Positions 23,273 through 35,913 of a stretch of DNA of 64,000 nt are shown one piece after another. Position 1 is the first letter of the stretch; the number at the start of each line of letters is the position of its first letter. This stretch comes from Escherichia phage PE37: the sequence record NC_054929.1; one strand, given 5' to 3'. A program made the position numbers and the translations under genes. Below the pieces are notes generated by a model. It was not told where the DNA came from and made no database searches. It saw nothing but the letters and a program-made list of their open reading frames with translations.

Positions 23273-24133
23273 ATGAAACAATACCAAGATTTAATTAAAG
23301 ACATTTTTGAAAATGGCTATGAAACCGATGACCGAACGGGCACAGGAACAATTGCTCTGTTCGGTACTAAATTGCGTTGGGATTTAACTAAAGGTTTTCC
23401 TGCAGTAACAACTAAAAAGCTCGCCTGGAATGCATGCATTGCTGAGCTAATATGGTTTTTATCAGGAAGCACAAATGTCAATGATTTGCGATTAATTCAA
23501 CATGATTCATTAATTCAAGGCAAAACAGTCTGGGATGAAAATTACGAAAATCAAGCAAAAGATTTAGGATATCATAGCGGTGAACTTGGTCCAATTTATG
23601 GAAAACAGTGGCGTGATTTTGGCGGTGTAGATCAAATTATAGAAGTTATTGATCGTATTAAAAAACTGCCAAATGATAGGCGTCAAATTGTTTCTGCGTG
23701 GAATCCAGCTGAACTTAAATATATGGCATTACCGCCTTGTCATATGTTCTATCAGTTTAATGTGCGTAATGGCTATTTAGATTTGCAGTGGTATCAACGT
23801 TCGGTAGATGTTTTCCTCGGTCTTCCATTTAATATTGCATCATATGCTACGTTAGTTCATATTGTAGCTAAGATGTGTAATCTTATTCCGGGAGATTTGA
23901 TATTTTCTGGTGGTAATACTCATATCTATATGAATCACGTAGAACAATGTAAAGAAATTTTATGTCGTGAACCTATGGATTTATGCGAATTACAATTAAA
24001 ATTTCCAGATGAATTTGATGAATGGAACACAGAATCGCAGGTATTTTGGTTGAGTCAATTTGCAAAGCCTCATAATTTTGTTCTTAACAACTATGAATCA
24101 CATCCTCCTATTAAAGGAAAGATGGCGGTGTAA
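23273..24133 (+). CDS. td: thymidylate synthase (uninterrupted, no intron)
   Basis: 286 aa continuous ORF; ThyA motifs including active-site PCH. Confidence 0.95.
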   Translation: MKQYQDLIKDIFENGYETDDRTGTGTIALFGTKLRWDLTKGFPAVTTKKLAWNACIAELIWFLSGSTNVNDLRLIQHDSLIQGKTVWDENYENQAKDLGYHSGELGPIYGKQWRDFGGVDQIIEVIDRIKKLPNDRRQIVSAWNPAELKYMALPPCHMFYQFNVRNGYLDLQWYQRSVDVFLGLPFNIASYATLVHIVAKMCNLIPGDLIFSGGNTHIYMNHVEQCKEILCREPMDLCELQLKFPDEFDEWNTESQVFWLSQFAKPHNFVLNNYESHPPIKGKMAV

Positions 24134-24153
24134 TTTTATTATTGCGAGGATAT

Positions 24154-24417
24154 ATGATTTTACGATTTAAAGATACTTCTGGTGTAGTTCTTTTTACACT
24201 TCCTAATCCAAGTGAGTTAGAAGTTCCAGGACCAAATCAGCCTATTATCATTTATGGCAAAAAATATTATACCCATAAAATGACTCGTGAGTATTTTGAT
24301 AATAAAATTTCCACAGTTAAAACTTCTTCTGACTGTTACTACGATATTACTGTTTTAACGGAAGAACAATATGAACACTTACAACCGCGCAGGCCGTATA
24401 TGCCGAGTAGTGAATAA
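24154..24417 (+). CDS. hypothetical protein (87 aa)
   Basis: ATG 24154 after GAGGA (track TTG at 24142). Confidence 0.45.
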   Translation: MILRFKDTSGVVLFTLPNPSELEVPGPNQPIIIYGKKYYTHKMTREYFDNKISTVKTSSDCYYDITVLTEEQYEHLQPRRPYMPSSE

Positions 24418-24697
24418 ATATAAATCCGACTTTGATGTTAATATTCACCGTGGTACATTTTGGGGAAATTACGTCGGTAAAGATGCTGGCAGCCGGGAGG
24501 CTGCCATTGAATTATTCAAAAAAGATTTTATACGTCGAATTAAATCCGGAGAAATAACTAAAGCACATTTAGAGCCTTTACGTGGAATGAGGCTAGGATG
24601 CACATGTAAACCAAAGCCGTGTCATGGTGATATAATAGCTCATATAGTTAACCGATTGTTTAAAGACGATTTTCAAGTTGAGGACTTATGCAATTAA
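24371..24697 (+). CDS. hypothetical protein (108 aa) with [11 protein letters not shown] motif
   Basis: ORF overlapping upstream ORF by 47 nt in another frame; ATGA-type coupling into nrdA. Confidence 0.45.
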   Translation: MNTYNRAGRICRVVNKYKSDFDVNIHRGTFWGNYVGKDAGSREAAIELFKKDFIRRIKSGEITKAHLEPLRGMRLGCTCKPKPCHGDIIAHIVNRLFKDDFQVEDLCN

Positions 24698-26952
24698 TTA
24701 ATGTTATCAAAAGTAGTGGTGTTTCTCAGAGCTTTGACCCACAAAAAATTATTAAAGTTTTATCTTGGGCAGCTGAAGGAACATCTGTAGATCCTTATGA
24801 ATTATATGAAAATATTAAATCATATCTCCGTGATGGAATGACAACTGATGATATTCAGACTATTGTCATTAAGGCCGCTGCGAATTCTATTTCGGTTGAA
24901 GAACCTGATTATCAATATGTAGCTGCACGCTGTTTAATGTTCGCTCTTCGTAAGCATGTTTATGGGCAGTATGAACCACGTTCATTTATTGACCATATTT
25001 CTTACTGTGTAAATGAAGGTAAATACGACCCTGAATTGTTGTCAAAATATTCAGCAGAAGAAATTACATTTTTAGAATCAAAAATTAAGCACGAGCGGGA
25101 TATGGAATTTACTTATTCCGGGGCGATGCAATTAAAAGAAAAATATCTCGTTAAAGACAAAACCACCGGTCAAATTTATGAAACTCCACAGTTTGCATTT
25201 ATGACTATTGGAATGGCATTGCATCAAGATGAACCTGTTGATAGATTAAAACATGTTATTCGTTTTTATGAAGCAGTATCCACTCGACAGATTTCACTGC
25301 CAACTCCTATTATGGCTGGTTGCCGTACTCCAACTCGGCAGTTTAGTTCATGCGTTGTTATTGAGGCAGGTGATTCATTAAAGTCTATCAATAAGGCTTC
25401 CGCTTCAATTGTTGAATATATCTCTAAACGCGCTGGAATTGGTATTAACGTTGGTATGATTCGTGCTGAAGGTTCTAAGATTGGCATGGGTGAAGTACGC
25501 CATACTGGTGTTATTCCTTTTTGGAAACATTTTCAGACTGCTGTTAAATCATGTTCACAGGGTGGAATTCGTGGCGGCGCTGCTACTGCTTATTATCCTA
25601 TTTGGCATTTGGAAGTTGAAAATCTTCTTGTTTTGAAAAATAACAAAGGCGTAGAAGAAAACCGCATTCGTCATATGGATTATGGTGTTCAACTGAATGA
25701 TTTGATGATGGAACGATTCGGAAAGAACGATTACATTACTTTGTTCAGTCCGCATGAAATGGGTGGAGAGCTTTATTATTCTTATTTTAAAGACCAAGAC
25801 CGTTTCCGTGAATTATACGAAGCAGCAGAAAAAGACCCTAATATTCGTAAAAAGCGCATTAAAGCCCGTGAACTATTTGAATTGCTCATGACTGAACGCT
25901 CAGGAACAGCAAGGATTTATGTACAGTTCATTGATAATACGAATAACTATACTCCGTTTATTCGTGAAAAGGCACCTATTCGTCAGAGTAACTTGTGCTG
26001 TGAAATTGCTATTCCAACGAATGACGTGAATAGTCCTGATGCTGAAATTGGATTGTGTACGTTATCTGCGTTTGTGTTGGATAACTTCGATTGGCAAGAC
26101 CAAGATAAAATTAATGAATTAGCAGAAGTTCAAGTTCGTGCTCTTGATAATCTTTTGGATTACCAAGGATATCCAGTTCCTGAAGCAGAAAAAGCTAAAA
26201 AGCGTCGTAACCTCGGTATAGGTGTTACTAACTATGCAGCTTGGCTGGCAAGTAACTTTGCTTCTTATGAAGATGCTAACGATTTAACACATGAACTATT
26301 TGAGAGATTACAGTATGGACTCATTAAAGCATCCATTAAGCTCGCCAAAGAAAAAGGACCTTGCGAATATTATTCAGACACTCGTTGGTCTCGAGGCGAA
26401 TTACCTATCGACTGGTACAATAAAAAGATTGACCAAATCGCAGCTCCAAAATACGTTTGTGACTGGTCGTCGCTGCGGGAAGACCTTAAGCTCTTTGGCA
26501 TCCGTAATAGCACACTATCAGCACTTATGCCATGTGAGTCATCTTCCCAAGTTTCTAACAGTACAAACGGTATCGAGCCTCCACGTGGACCAGTCTCTGT
26601 TAAAGAATCAAAAGAGGGCTCCTTTAATCAAGTCGTGCCCAATATTGAGCATAACATAGACCTCTATGATTATACATGGAAATTAGCTAAGAAAGGTAAT
26701 AAACCTTATCTTACGCAGGTAGCTATTATGCTGAAATGGGTTTGTCAATCAGCTTCGGCGAATACATATTATGACCCGCAGATTTTTCCAAAAGGAAAGG
26801 TTCCAATGTCAATAATGATTGATGACATGTTATACGGATGGTATTATGGCATTAAAAATTTCTATTATCATAATACCCGCGATGGTTCTGGTACTGATGA
26901 TTATGAAATAGAAACTCCAAAAGCTGAAGATTGTTCATCCTGTAAATTATGA
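24688..26952 (+). CDS. nrdA: aerobic ribonucleotide reductase large subunit
   Basis: 754 aa; class Ia RNR alpha sequence; T4 NrdA length. Confidence 0.95.
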   Translation: MQLINVIKSSGVSQSFDPQKIIKVLSWAAEGTSVDPYELYENIKSYLRDGMTTDDIQTIVIKAAANSISVEEPDYQYVAARCLMFALRKHVYGQYEPRSFIDHISYCVNEGKYDPELLSKYSAEEITFLESKIKHERDMEFTYSGAMQLKEKYLVKDKTTGQIYETPQFAFMTIGMALHQDEPVDRLKHVIRFYEAVSTRQISLPTPIMAGCRTPTRQFSSCVVIEAGDSLKSINKASASIVEYISKRAGIGINVGMIRAEGSKIGMGEVRHTGVIPFWKHFQTAVKSCSQGGIRGGAATAYYPIWHLEVENLLVLKNNKGVEENRIRHMDYGVQLNDLMMERFGKNDYITLFSPHEMGGELYYSYFKDQDRFRELYEAAEKDPNIRKKRIKARELFELLMTERSGTARIYVQFIDNTNNYTPFIREKAPIRQSNLCCEIAIPTNDVNSPDAEIGLCTLSAFVLDNFDWQDQDKINELAEVQVRALDNLLDYQGYPVPEAEKAKKRRNLGIGVTNYAAWLASNFASYEDANDLTHELFERLQYGLIKASIKLAKEKGPCEYYSDTRWSRGELPIDWYNKKIDQIAAPKYVCDWSSLREDLKLFGIRNSTLSALMPCESSSQVSNSTNGIEPPRGPVSVKESKEGSFNQVVPNIEHNIDLYDYTWKLAKKGNKPYLTQVAIMLKWVCQSASANTYYDPQIFPKGKVPMSIMIDDMLYGWYYGIKNFYYHNTRDGSGTDDYEIETPKAEDCSSCKL

Positions 26953-27003
26953 TATAATTTGACTCACGGACGAGTCACCAACTATTAACTAAGTGGAAAA
27001 TTT

Positions 27004-28182
27004 ATGAGCACAGTTTTTAATACAAATCCAGTTGATGTTTTAAAAGAACCTATGTTTTTTGGTTCAGGTCTTGGTATTGCGCGTTATGATATTCAACGTC
27101 ATAAAGTTTTTGAAGATTTAACCGAAAAGCAGTTGTCATTTTTCTGGCGTCCTGAAGAAGTAAACTTAATGATGGATGCTGCACAGTTTAATAAGCTTCC
27201 TCAGTACCAGCAAAATATTTTTACTAATAACCTGAAGTATCAATCACTTTTAGATAGCATTCAGGGCCGCGCGCCATCTGCCGTACTTATGTCATTAATT
27301 TCAGACCCAAGCCTTGATACATGGGTTGCTACATGGACTTTTAGTGAAACTATTCACAGTCGTTCATATACTCATATTATGCGAAATCTTTATACTGATC
27401 CGTCAAAGGTATTTGATGAAATTGTATTAGATGAAGCTATTATGAAACGTGCTGAATCCATTGGACGTTATTATGATGATGTTCTGATTAAAACTCGTTA
27501 TTGGGAAAACGCTAAAGCTGATATCGAATACCAAAAAGAAATTAATGCAGACGAAGACGTTATTGAAGATGCTATTGAGCATGAGACATATTGGAAGCAT
27601 GAGCTAATGAAATCTCTTTACCTCTGTTTGCATGTAATCAACGCATTGGAAGCTATTCGTTTTTATGTATCTTTCGCATGTACCTTTAACTTCCATAAGA
27701 ACATGGAAATCATGGAAGGTAATGCCAAGATTATGAAGTTCATTGCACGTGATGAGCAGCTTCATCTTAAAGGTACACAATATATTATTCGTCAACTTCA
27801 ATCTGGTACTGATGGCGATGAATGGGTTAAAATTGCTCAAGAGTGCGAGCAAGAAGCAGTTGATATTTTCATGGAAGTTAACCGCCAAGAAAAAGATTGG
27901 GCAGTTCATTTATTTAAAGATGGCGATGTTCCTGGATTAAATACAAATAGCATGTGGAGCTTTATTGATTACTTAACTGTATCTCGTATGAAACAGTGTG
28001 GTCTTCCATGCCCAATTACCGATGCTCCGGTTAAACATCCATATCCTTGGATTCGTGAATATCTTAATTCTGATAATGTTCAATCAGCGCCACAAGAAGT
28101 AGAACTGTCATCTTATCTTGTTGCACAGATTGATAATGATGTTGATGATAAAGTTATGATGAGTTTTAAAAAATACTTTTAA
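27004..28182 (+). CDS. nrdB: aerobic ribonucleotide reductase small subunit (uninterrupted)
   Basis: 392 aa continuous ORF; diiron-tyrosyl radical protein family. Confidence 0.95.
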   Translation: MSTVFNTNPVDVLKEPMFFGSGLGIARYDIQRHKVFEDLTEKQLSFFWRPEEVNLMMDAAQFNKLPQYQQNIFTNNLKYQSLLDSIQGRAPSAVLMSLISDPSLDTWVATWTFSETIHSRSYTHIMRNLYTDPSKVFDEIVLDEAIMKRAESIGRYYDDVLIKTRYWENAKADIEYQKEINADEDVIEDAIEHETYWKHELMKSLYLCLHVINALEAIRFYVSFACTFNFHKNMEIMEGNAKIMKFIARDEQLHLKGTQYIIRQLQSGTDGDEWVKIAQECEQEAVDIFMEVNRQEKDWAVHLFKDGDVPGLNTNSMWSFIDYLTVSRMKQCGLPCPITDAPVKHPYPWIREYLNSDNVQSAPQEVELSSYLVAQIDNDVDDKVMMSFKKYF

Positions 28183-28186
28183 GGAG

Positions 28187-28209
28187 TGGGCCGCAAGGCC
28201 CATTTTATT
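28187..28209 (+). terminator. GCAA-tetraloop hairpin plus U-tract between nrdB and denA (terminator or translational element)
   Basis: TGGGCC-GCAA-GGCCCA followed by TTTTATT immediately before denA ATG. Confidence 0.45.
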
Positions 28210-29797
<1,588 letters not shown>

Positions 29798-29800
29798 GCT

Positions 29801-29830
29801 GTTTACAAGTCCCTCATGTTGTGTTATAGT
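29801..29830 (+). promoter_or_regulatory. early promoter upstream of alc, with RBS-complementary arm in the spacer
   Basis: GTTTAC 29801-29806, 18-bp spacer, TATAGT 29825-29830; CCTCATGTT 29812-29820 is complementary to AACATGAGG 29845-29853, which covers the alc SD. Confidence 0.55.
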
Positions 29831-29861
29831 AATCTTACTGACATAACATGAGGACTTTATG

Positions 29862-30365
29862 ATGGATTTGCAGCTTATTACTACTGAAATGGTCGTTGAA
29901 GCATACGGTGATACTACAGATGGGATTTCTGTATTCAAAGGAAATCGTCGAGTTGGATATATCACCGATCTTAAGAAAGATTTAGCTAAGCAAGTCAAGC
30001 GGAAAACGACCATTAAAGAATATCGAAATCGTCGTCTTGAGCAAGCCCGTGATATGCTTCCTGATGCGGTTGAAGAGATGAAAGTCTTTTTAGAAAATCA
30101 ACTCGCTAAGTATGATTGTGAAGTGTTCATTAATCAGACTCAGCCTAATGTTCATATCAATAGCTGCAAATGCTATATCATCGTTAATCCTTTGACGGGA
30201 AAGCACCGTCTTGGAATTAGTAATCCAAATCGTAGTGCATCGGATATGGCAGAAGATGTTGAGGCATGCTTTAAAATTTCTAAATCTCCAGCTGAACATC
30301 ATATTTTAATTAACGGTCTTTCTCAAGACGATATTATAGAGGTTATTAAAACTTTATGCAATTAA
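29862..30365 (+). CDS. alc: Alc, inhibitor of host transcription on cytosine-containing DNA
   Basis: 167 aa from second ATG (better SD spacing); length and position match T4 Alc. Confidence 0.75.
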   Translation: MDLQLITTEMVVEAYGDTTDGISVFKGNRRVGYITDLKKDLAKQVKRKTTIKEYRNRRLEQARDMLPDAVEEMKVFLENQLAKYDCEVFINQTQPNVHINSCKCYIIVNPLTGKHRLGISNPNRSASDMAEDVEACFKISKSPAEHHILINGLSQDDIIEVIKTLCN

Positions 30366-30709
30366 GTAATACGACAGCAGGCTTGTTATTAATTGTAATT
30401 GCATTGGGCGGAACTTCTTTAATTTTAAAAAATAAAATTGAAAGATTAGAAACGTCTGTTGTAGAAATTACAAAAACTGCTAATGAAAATGCTTTAGCAT
30501 TAAATGATTTAAAAAATCAATATAATTATATTGATGCAATGAATAATAAAAATCGTGAATCAATTGCTGCAATTGAGCGTGAAAATGAAAAACTGCGCAA
30601 AGACGCAAAGAAGGCGGATGTGGTGGCTCATAAGCCAGGATTGGTTGAAAAACAAATTAACAACTCCTTCAACAAGTTCGCAGAAGACATCCAGGACCTT
30701 TCTAAATGA
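30356..30709 (+). CDS. i-spanin (inner membrane spanin subunit, pseT.3-like)
   Basis: N-terminal TM anchor then coiled-coil-rich periplasmic domain; adjacent to lipoprotein ORF. Confidence 0.65.
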   Translation: MQLSNTTAGLLLIVIALGGTSLILKNKIERLETSVVEITKTANENALALNDLKNQYNYIDAMNNKNRESIAAIERENEKLRKDAKKADVVAHKPGLVEKQINNSFNKFAEDIQDLSK

Positions 30710-31005
30710 TTAAACTATCAGCAGTAATATTATCTATTGGTCTTCTAGTTGGTTGTTCGACAAAGCCTCTAGAAGTAAAGAAAGAAACAGTTCATCCTAA
30801 TTGGCCTGTGCAAATAAAGTCATATGACGAAGCTAAACTATCTTGGCAAGTTAAAGTTATTGATGGTAAAGCTTGGGTCGGTATGCCATTTGAAGATTCT
30901 CAGGAATTTCGTATTTGGCTTAATGACGTAAAACGATATGTACACGACCAGAAAACTATGATATGTTATTATCGTCAAGAGCTAAAAGAGGATAAATGTA
31001 AATGA
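30706..31005 (+). CDS. o-spanin (outer membrane lipoprotein spanin subunit, pseT.2-like)
   Basis: signal peptide with lipobox LLVGC; ATGA-coupled to i-spanin. Confidence 0.7.
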   Translation: MIKLSAVILSIGLLVGCSTKPLEVKKETVHPNWPVQIKSYDEAKLSWQVKVIDGKAWVGMPFEDSQEFRIWLNDVKRYVHDQKTMICYYRQELKEDKCK

Positions 31006-31229
31006 TTTCATGGTATCAATTTGAACATCTAAAGGGATTAATTTATGAATCCGAGATGGCTGCAATGATTTATGGACGACAGATTCAACGATTAGAATCT
31101 TTACCTCCAACTAATGATGTTTTATTAGCTCAATCACGCGCTAATCTCAAAAATGAATATCAAAATAAGTGGGGTAAAGCATCTAAAGACCTGCATGATT
31201 ATATTCAATCATTAGTTGAGAAAAAATAA
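31002..31229 (+). CDS. hypothetical protein (75 aa)
   Basis: ATGA-coupled ORF. Confidence 0.5.
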   Translation: MISWYQFEHLKGLIYESEMAAMIYGRQIQRLESLPPTNDVLLAQSRANLKNEYQNKWGKASKDLHDYIQSLVEKK

Positions 31230-32454
<1,225 letters not shown>

Positions 32455-32455
<1 letters not shown>

Positions 32456-32652
32456 TGGCGTGGCACCATGAAACTTGGTCTATTGTTATTGTAAATAGTG
32501 GTTTAGTTGGTACTAGTAATGGGCAATTTTGTGTATTCACTAGTGAAATCAGAGCTTGGGAGGAATGCCTTAAATTAAGAGAAAAGAATCCTGATGTTGA
32601 ACTAACAGTAAAGAAAACTAAACTGCCTTTACCATGGAAAACTTATGAATAA
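32455..32652 (+). CDS. hypothetical protein (65 aa)
   Basis: ATG overlapping pseT stop; track start 32425 lies inside pseT. Confidence 0.4.
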
Positions 32653-32845
32653 CATAGAAAAGATTTATCGTCTTTGTGATAAAATTGAAAAAGAAAAGAA
32701 ATATCTATTTTGTTTATGGCCTATTGTTGATGGAAGAGTAGACTTAGATATTCTTGATTATGAAACAGAAGACTATGTAGATGGTTCAACTTTTGATAAT
32801 GCGTTGGATGTTATTAATTGGCTTGAAGAAAGTTATATGAGGTGA
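32645..32845 (+). CDS. hypothetical protein (66 aa)
   Basis: coupled small ORF. Confidence 0.45.
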   Translation: MNNIEKIYRLCDKIEKEKKYLFCLWPIVDGRVDLDILDYETEDYVDGSTFDNALDVINWLEESYMR

Positions 32846-33123
32846 ATATGTTTCCGACTTATTCTAAAATTGTAGAAGTAGTGTTTAGTCAAATTATCGC
32901 TAATAATATGTTTGAAAAGCTTGATAACGCAGCCGAGCTTCGAATTCATGCTCAAGTGACTCATGTATTGAACACTTTGCTTCCAGACCAGGTGGATTCT
33001 GTTGCCATTACGCTGTATCCAGGTTCCGCGCATATCATTGTCGTATTCGGTCTTGATGCTGAGTTAGTTATCAAAGGCGATATTCGTTTTGAATCGCAGA
33101 CAGCAGAATTCAAAGCAATTTAA
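32842..33123 (+). CDS. hypothetical protein (93 aa)
   Basis: ATGA-coupled ORF. Confidence 0.5.
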   Translation: MNMFPTYSKIVEVVFSQIIANNMFEKLDNAAELRIHAQVTHVLNTLLPDQVDSVAITLYPGSAHIIVVFGLDAELVIKGDIRFESQTAEFKAI

Positions 33124-33125
33124 TA

Positions 33126-33155
33126 GTTTACTTTACGGTAGAGTTGTGATATTAT
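33126..33155 (+). promoter_or_regulatory. early promoter
   Basis: GTTTAC 33126-33131, 18-bp spacer, TGATATTAT; GGTAGAG/CTCTACC inverted repeat brackets the -10. Confidence 0.5.
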
Positions 33156-33184
33156 AGCTCTACCAAACAAATGAGGAAAACAAA

Positions 33185-33424
33185 ATGCTGCTAAGTGAAA
33201 AACCGATTACTGTTAAAGAATTCCAAGAAAAAGTTAAGCTATTTGCACAGGAATTGGTAAATAAGGTTTCTGAACGATTTCCTGAAACATCGGTTCGTGT
33301 TATTACTGAAACTCCTCGTTCAGTATTAGTAATTGTGAATCCAGGTGATGGCGATCAAATATCGCATCTTAAATTAGATTTTGATGGATTAGTTGAAGCA
33401 CAAAGGGTGTATGGCGTACTATGA
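33185..33424 (+). CDS. hypothetical protein (79 aa)
   Basis: GAGGAAAA SD then ATG. Confidence 0.5.
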   Translation: MLLSEKPITVKEFQEKVKLFAQELVNKVSERFPETSVRVITETPRSVLVIVNPGDGDQISHLKLDFDGLVEAQRVYGVL

Positions 33425-33759
33425 TGAATTTAACTGATATAATTGATAATTGTCTTGAAAATGATACTGGCGATCATAGAGCGCTTGACTCTGAAACAGC
33501 ACAGTTCATTAGAATAACTTTAATGAATGACACTCTAGTAAATAGTATTCATCCTTCTGTATATGATGCTATTATTGTGACGAAGTATCCAGTTGAGCTT
33601 CACAAAAAGATGGTTGGCGCAATTTTTATTGATAAGAAAAACCGCTTTAAAGATGGGCAGAATATAATTAGTTCTGTTATTAAAAGTATAACTAAACTTC
33701 GTCACGAAATTTATCGTGTTGAAACTGCTAAATCTGCTTATCTGGTGATTATGAAATGA
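33421..33759 (+). CDS. hypothetical protein (112 aa)
   Basis: ATGA-coupled ORF. Confidence 0.5.
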   Translation: MMNLTDIIDNCLENDTGDHRALDSETAQFIRITLMNDTLVNSIHPSVYDAIIVTKYPVELHKKMVGAIFIDKKNRFKDGQNIISSVIKSITKLRHEIYRVETAKSAYLVIMK

Positions 33760-34337
33760 AAGCGAGTACAGTACTTCAAATTGCATATTTAGTATCGCAG
33801 GAATCAAAATGTTGCTCCTGGAAGGTAGGAGCAGTAATTGAAAAGAATGGACGTATTATTTCTACCGGATATAATGGTTCACCTGCTGGTGGGGTGAACT
33901 GTTGTGATTATGCTGCTGAGCAAGGTTGGTTGCTGAATAAGCCTAAACATACTATCATCCAAGGTCATAAGCCCGAATGTGTATCATTTGGTTCAACTGA
34001 TCGTTTTGTCTTGGCAAAAGAACACCGGAGCGCTCACTCTGAATGGTCGTCTAAAAATGAAATTCATGCTGAACTAAATGCGATTTTGTTTGCTGCGCGA
34101 AATGGTTCTTCAATTGAAGGTGCTACTATGTATGTAACACTTTCTCCTTGCCCAGATTGTGCAAAAGCGATAGCTCAATCTGGAATTAAAAAGCTGGTTT
34201 ATTGCGAAACATATGATAAAAATAAACCTGGCTGGGATGATATTCTGCGAAATGCAGGTATTGAAGTGTTTAATGTTCCTAAGAAAAACTTGAATAAGTT
34301 AAACTGGGAAAATATCAACGAATTCTGTGGTGAATAA
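33756..34337 (+). CDS. cd: dCMP deaminase
   Basis: 193 aa; zinc-binding HAE...PCxxC deaminase motifs; T4 Cd length. Confidence 0.95.
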   Translation: MKASTVLQIAYLVSQESKCCSWKVGAVIEKNGRIISTGYNGSPAGGVNCCDYAAEQGWLLNKPKHTIIQGHKPECVSFGSTDRFVLAKEHRSAHSEWSSKNEIHAELNAILFAARNGSSIEGATMYVTLSPCPDCAKAIAQSGIKKLVYCETYDKNKPGWDDILRNAGIEVFNVPKKNLNKLNWENINEFCGE

Positions 34338-34573
34338 TGAAATTTCGTTTGGTACAACTCACAGCAATTAGTTCTTATTCCAACGAGAATATTTCATTTG
34401 CTGTAGAGTATAAGAAGTATTTTTTCTCTAAATGGAAGCAGTATTATAAGTCAAACTGGGTTTGTATTGATAGACCGCATAGTTGGAAATCTGATTTAGA
34501 AAAATGCCAAAAATTGCTTTCCACTCTTAAAGAACGTGGAACAACCCATATTAAAACTGTAATAGGTAAATAA
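34337..34573 (+). CDS. hypothetical protein (78 aa)
   Basis: coupled ORF. Confidence 0.5.
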   Translation: MKFRLVQLTAISSYSNENISFAVEYKKYFFSKWKQYYKSNWVCIDRPHSWKSDLEKCQKLLSTLKERGTTHIKTVIGK

Positions 34574-34882
34574 ATGAAACTGACGACTGAACAAAAAGTA
34601 GCAATTCGTGAAATTTTGAAAACTAAATTGTCCATGGGTATTTCAAACGTGGTTTTTGAAAAGTCTGATGGTACTATTCGTACCATGAAAGGTACTCGTG
34701 ATGCAGACTTTATGCCAACCATGCAAACTGGTAAATTGACTGAATCTGCCCGGAAAGAATCTACTGATATGATTCCAGTATTTGATGTTGAGCTTGGCGA
34801 GTGGCGAGGTTTTTCTATTGACAAATTGATTTCCGTTAATGGTATGAAAGTTGAGCATTTACTCCAATTTATTGGTAAATAA
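34574..34882 (+). CDS. hypothetical protein (102 aa)
   Basis: ORF immediately after upstream stop. Confidence 0.5.
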   Translation: MKLTTEQKVAIREILKTKLSMGISNVVFEKSDGTIRTMKGTRDADFMPTMQTGKLTESARKESTDMIPVFDVELGEWRGFSIDKLISVNGMKVEHLLQFIGK

Positions 34883-34938
34883 ATGCTTTAAGAATTATTT
34901 GTTATTATTAATTCATCTGTTAACAAAAAGGAAAAACG

Positions 34939-35274
34939 ATGTCTGAAGTACAACAGCTACCAATTCGTGCTGTCGGTGAATATGTTATTTTAGTTTCTGA
35001 ACCCGCACAAGCCGGTGATGAAGAAGTTACAGAATCAGGACTTATTATCGGTAAACGTGTTCAAGGTGAAGTTCCTGAACTGTGTGTAGTTCACTCTGTC
35101 GGTCCTGATGTTCCTGAAGGTTTCTGCGAAGTTGGTGATTTGACTTCTCTTCCAGTTGGTCAAATTCGAAATGTTCCGCATCCTTTTGTAGCTCTGGGTC
35201 TTAAGCAGCCAAAAGAAATTAAACAAAAATTCGTTACTTGTCACTATAAAGCTATTCCGTGTCTTTATAAGTGA
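34939..35274 (+). CDS. 31: co-chaperonin gp31 (GroES analogue)
   Basis: 111 aa; T4 gp31 length and sequence. Confidence 0.95.
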
Positions 35275-35282
35275 TATAAATA
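35275..35282 (+). promoter_or_regulatory. late promoter TATAAATA directly after gene 31 stop
   Basis: exact TATAAATA; about 140 nt upstream of rIII. Confidence 0.45.
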
Positions 35283-35421
35283 ATAATATGAATTGGGTGT
35301 CGGAATAATAAGTTAACCGAACAATTCTATGTGGTAGTCTACAACTGAGAGATCTGTCGAAAGAAGATGAAATTCAGAAGAACGTGACTACCGAGTTTTA
35401 ATCTCTAACGAGAATTTTTAA

Positions 35422-35670
35422 ATGATTAAACAATTACAACACGCTCTTGAACTGCAACGAAACGCATGGAATAATGGTCACGAAAACTATGGCGCTTCTA
35501 TTGATGTTGAAGCCGAAGCTCTTGAAATCCTGCGTTATTTCAAACATCTGAATCCTGCTCAAACTGCATTAGCTGCTGAGCTTCAGGAAAAAGATGAACT
35601 TAAGTATGCTAAGCCTCTGGCTTCTGCTGCACGAAAAGCAGTTCGTCACTTTGTGGTAACACTGAAGTAA
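35422..35670 (+). CDS. rIII: lysis-inhibition accessory protein RIII
   Basis: 82 aa; sequence and length of T4 RIII. Confidence 0.9.
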   Translation: MIKQLQHALELQRNAWNNGHENYGASIDVEAEALEILRYFKHLNPAQTALAAELQEKDELKYAKPLASAARKAVRHFVVTLK

Positions 35671-35913
35671 TTTATTGGAGATTCACTGCCTTAGTGTGAG
35701 CTAAAATCGAGGAGCCATCGAACTGTCTGATTAATGATTTGCGAATCATTATAGTTTTAAGACCCCGGCAGTTTTATGGTGTACCTCTTGAATGTGAATG
35801 ATGACGGGTTTATGGTTATCCTGTCGTTAAATATCCAAAACCTATGTTCCCCTTGAGGGCTTGCGCAGGCAATGCCAATAAGTCCTGCATTTTCATTTAA
35901 AAGAGAATTTATA

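Noticed and set aside
23273-24133. Looked for a group I intron and intron-encoded homing endonuclease in td, and likewise in nrdB.
   Set aside because: Both genes are single uninterrupted ORFs of full expected length.
35671-35871. Checked the ORF-poor region after rIII and other intergenic gaps for tRNA genes.
   Set aside because: No cloverleaf with conserved T-loop and anticodon-arm features could be recognised by eye; the T4 tRNA cluster lies elsewhere on the genome. A proper tRNAscan run would be needed to be certain.
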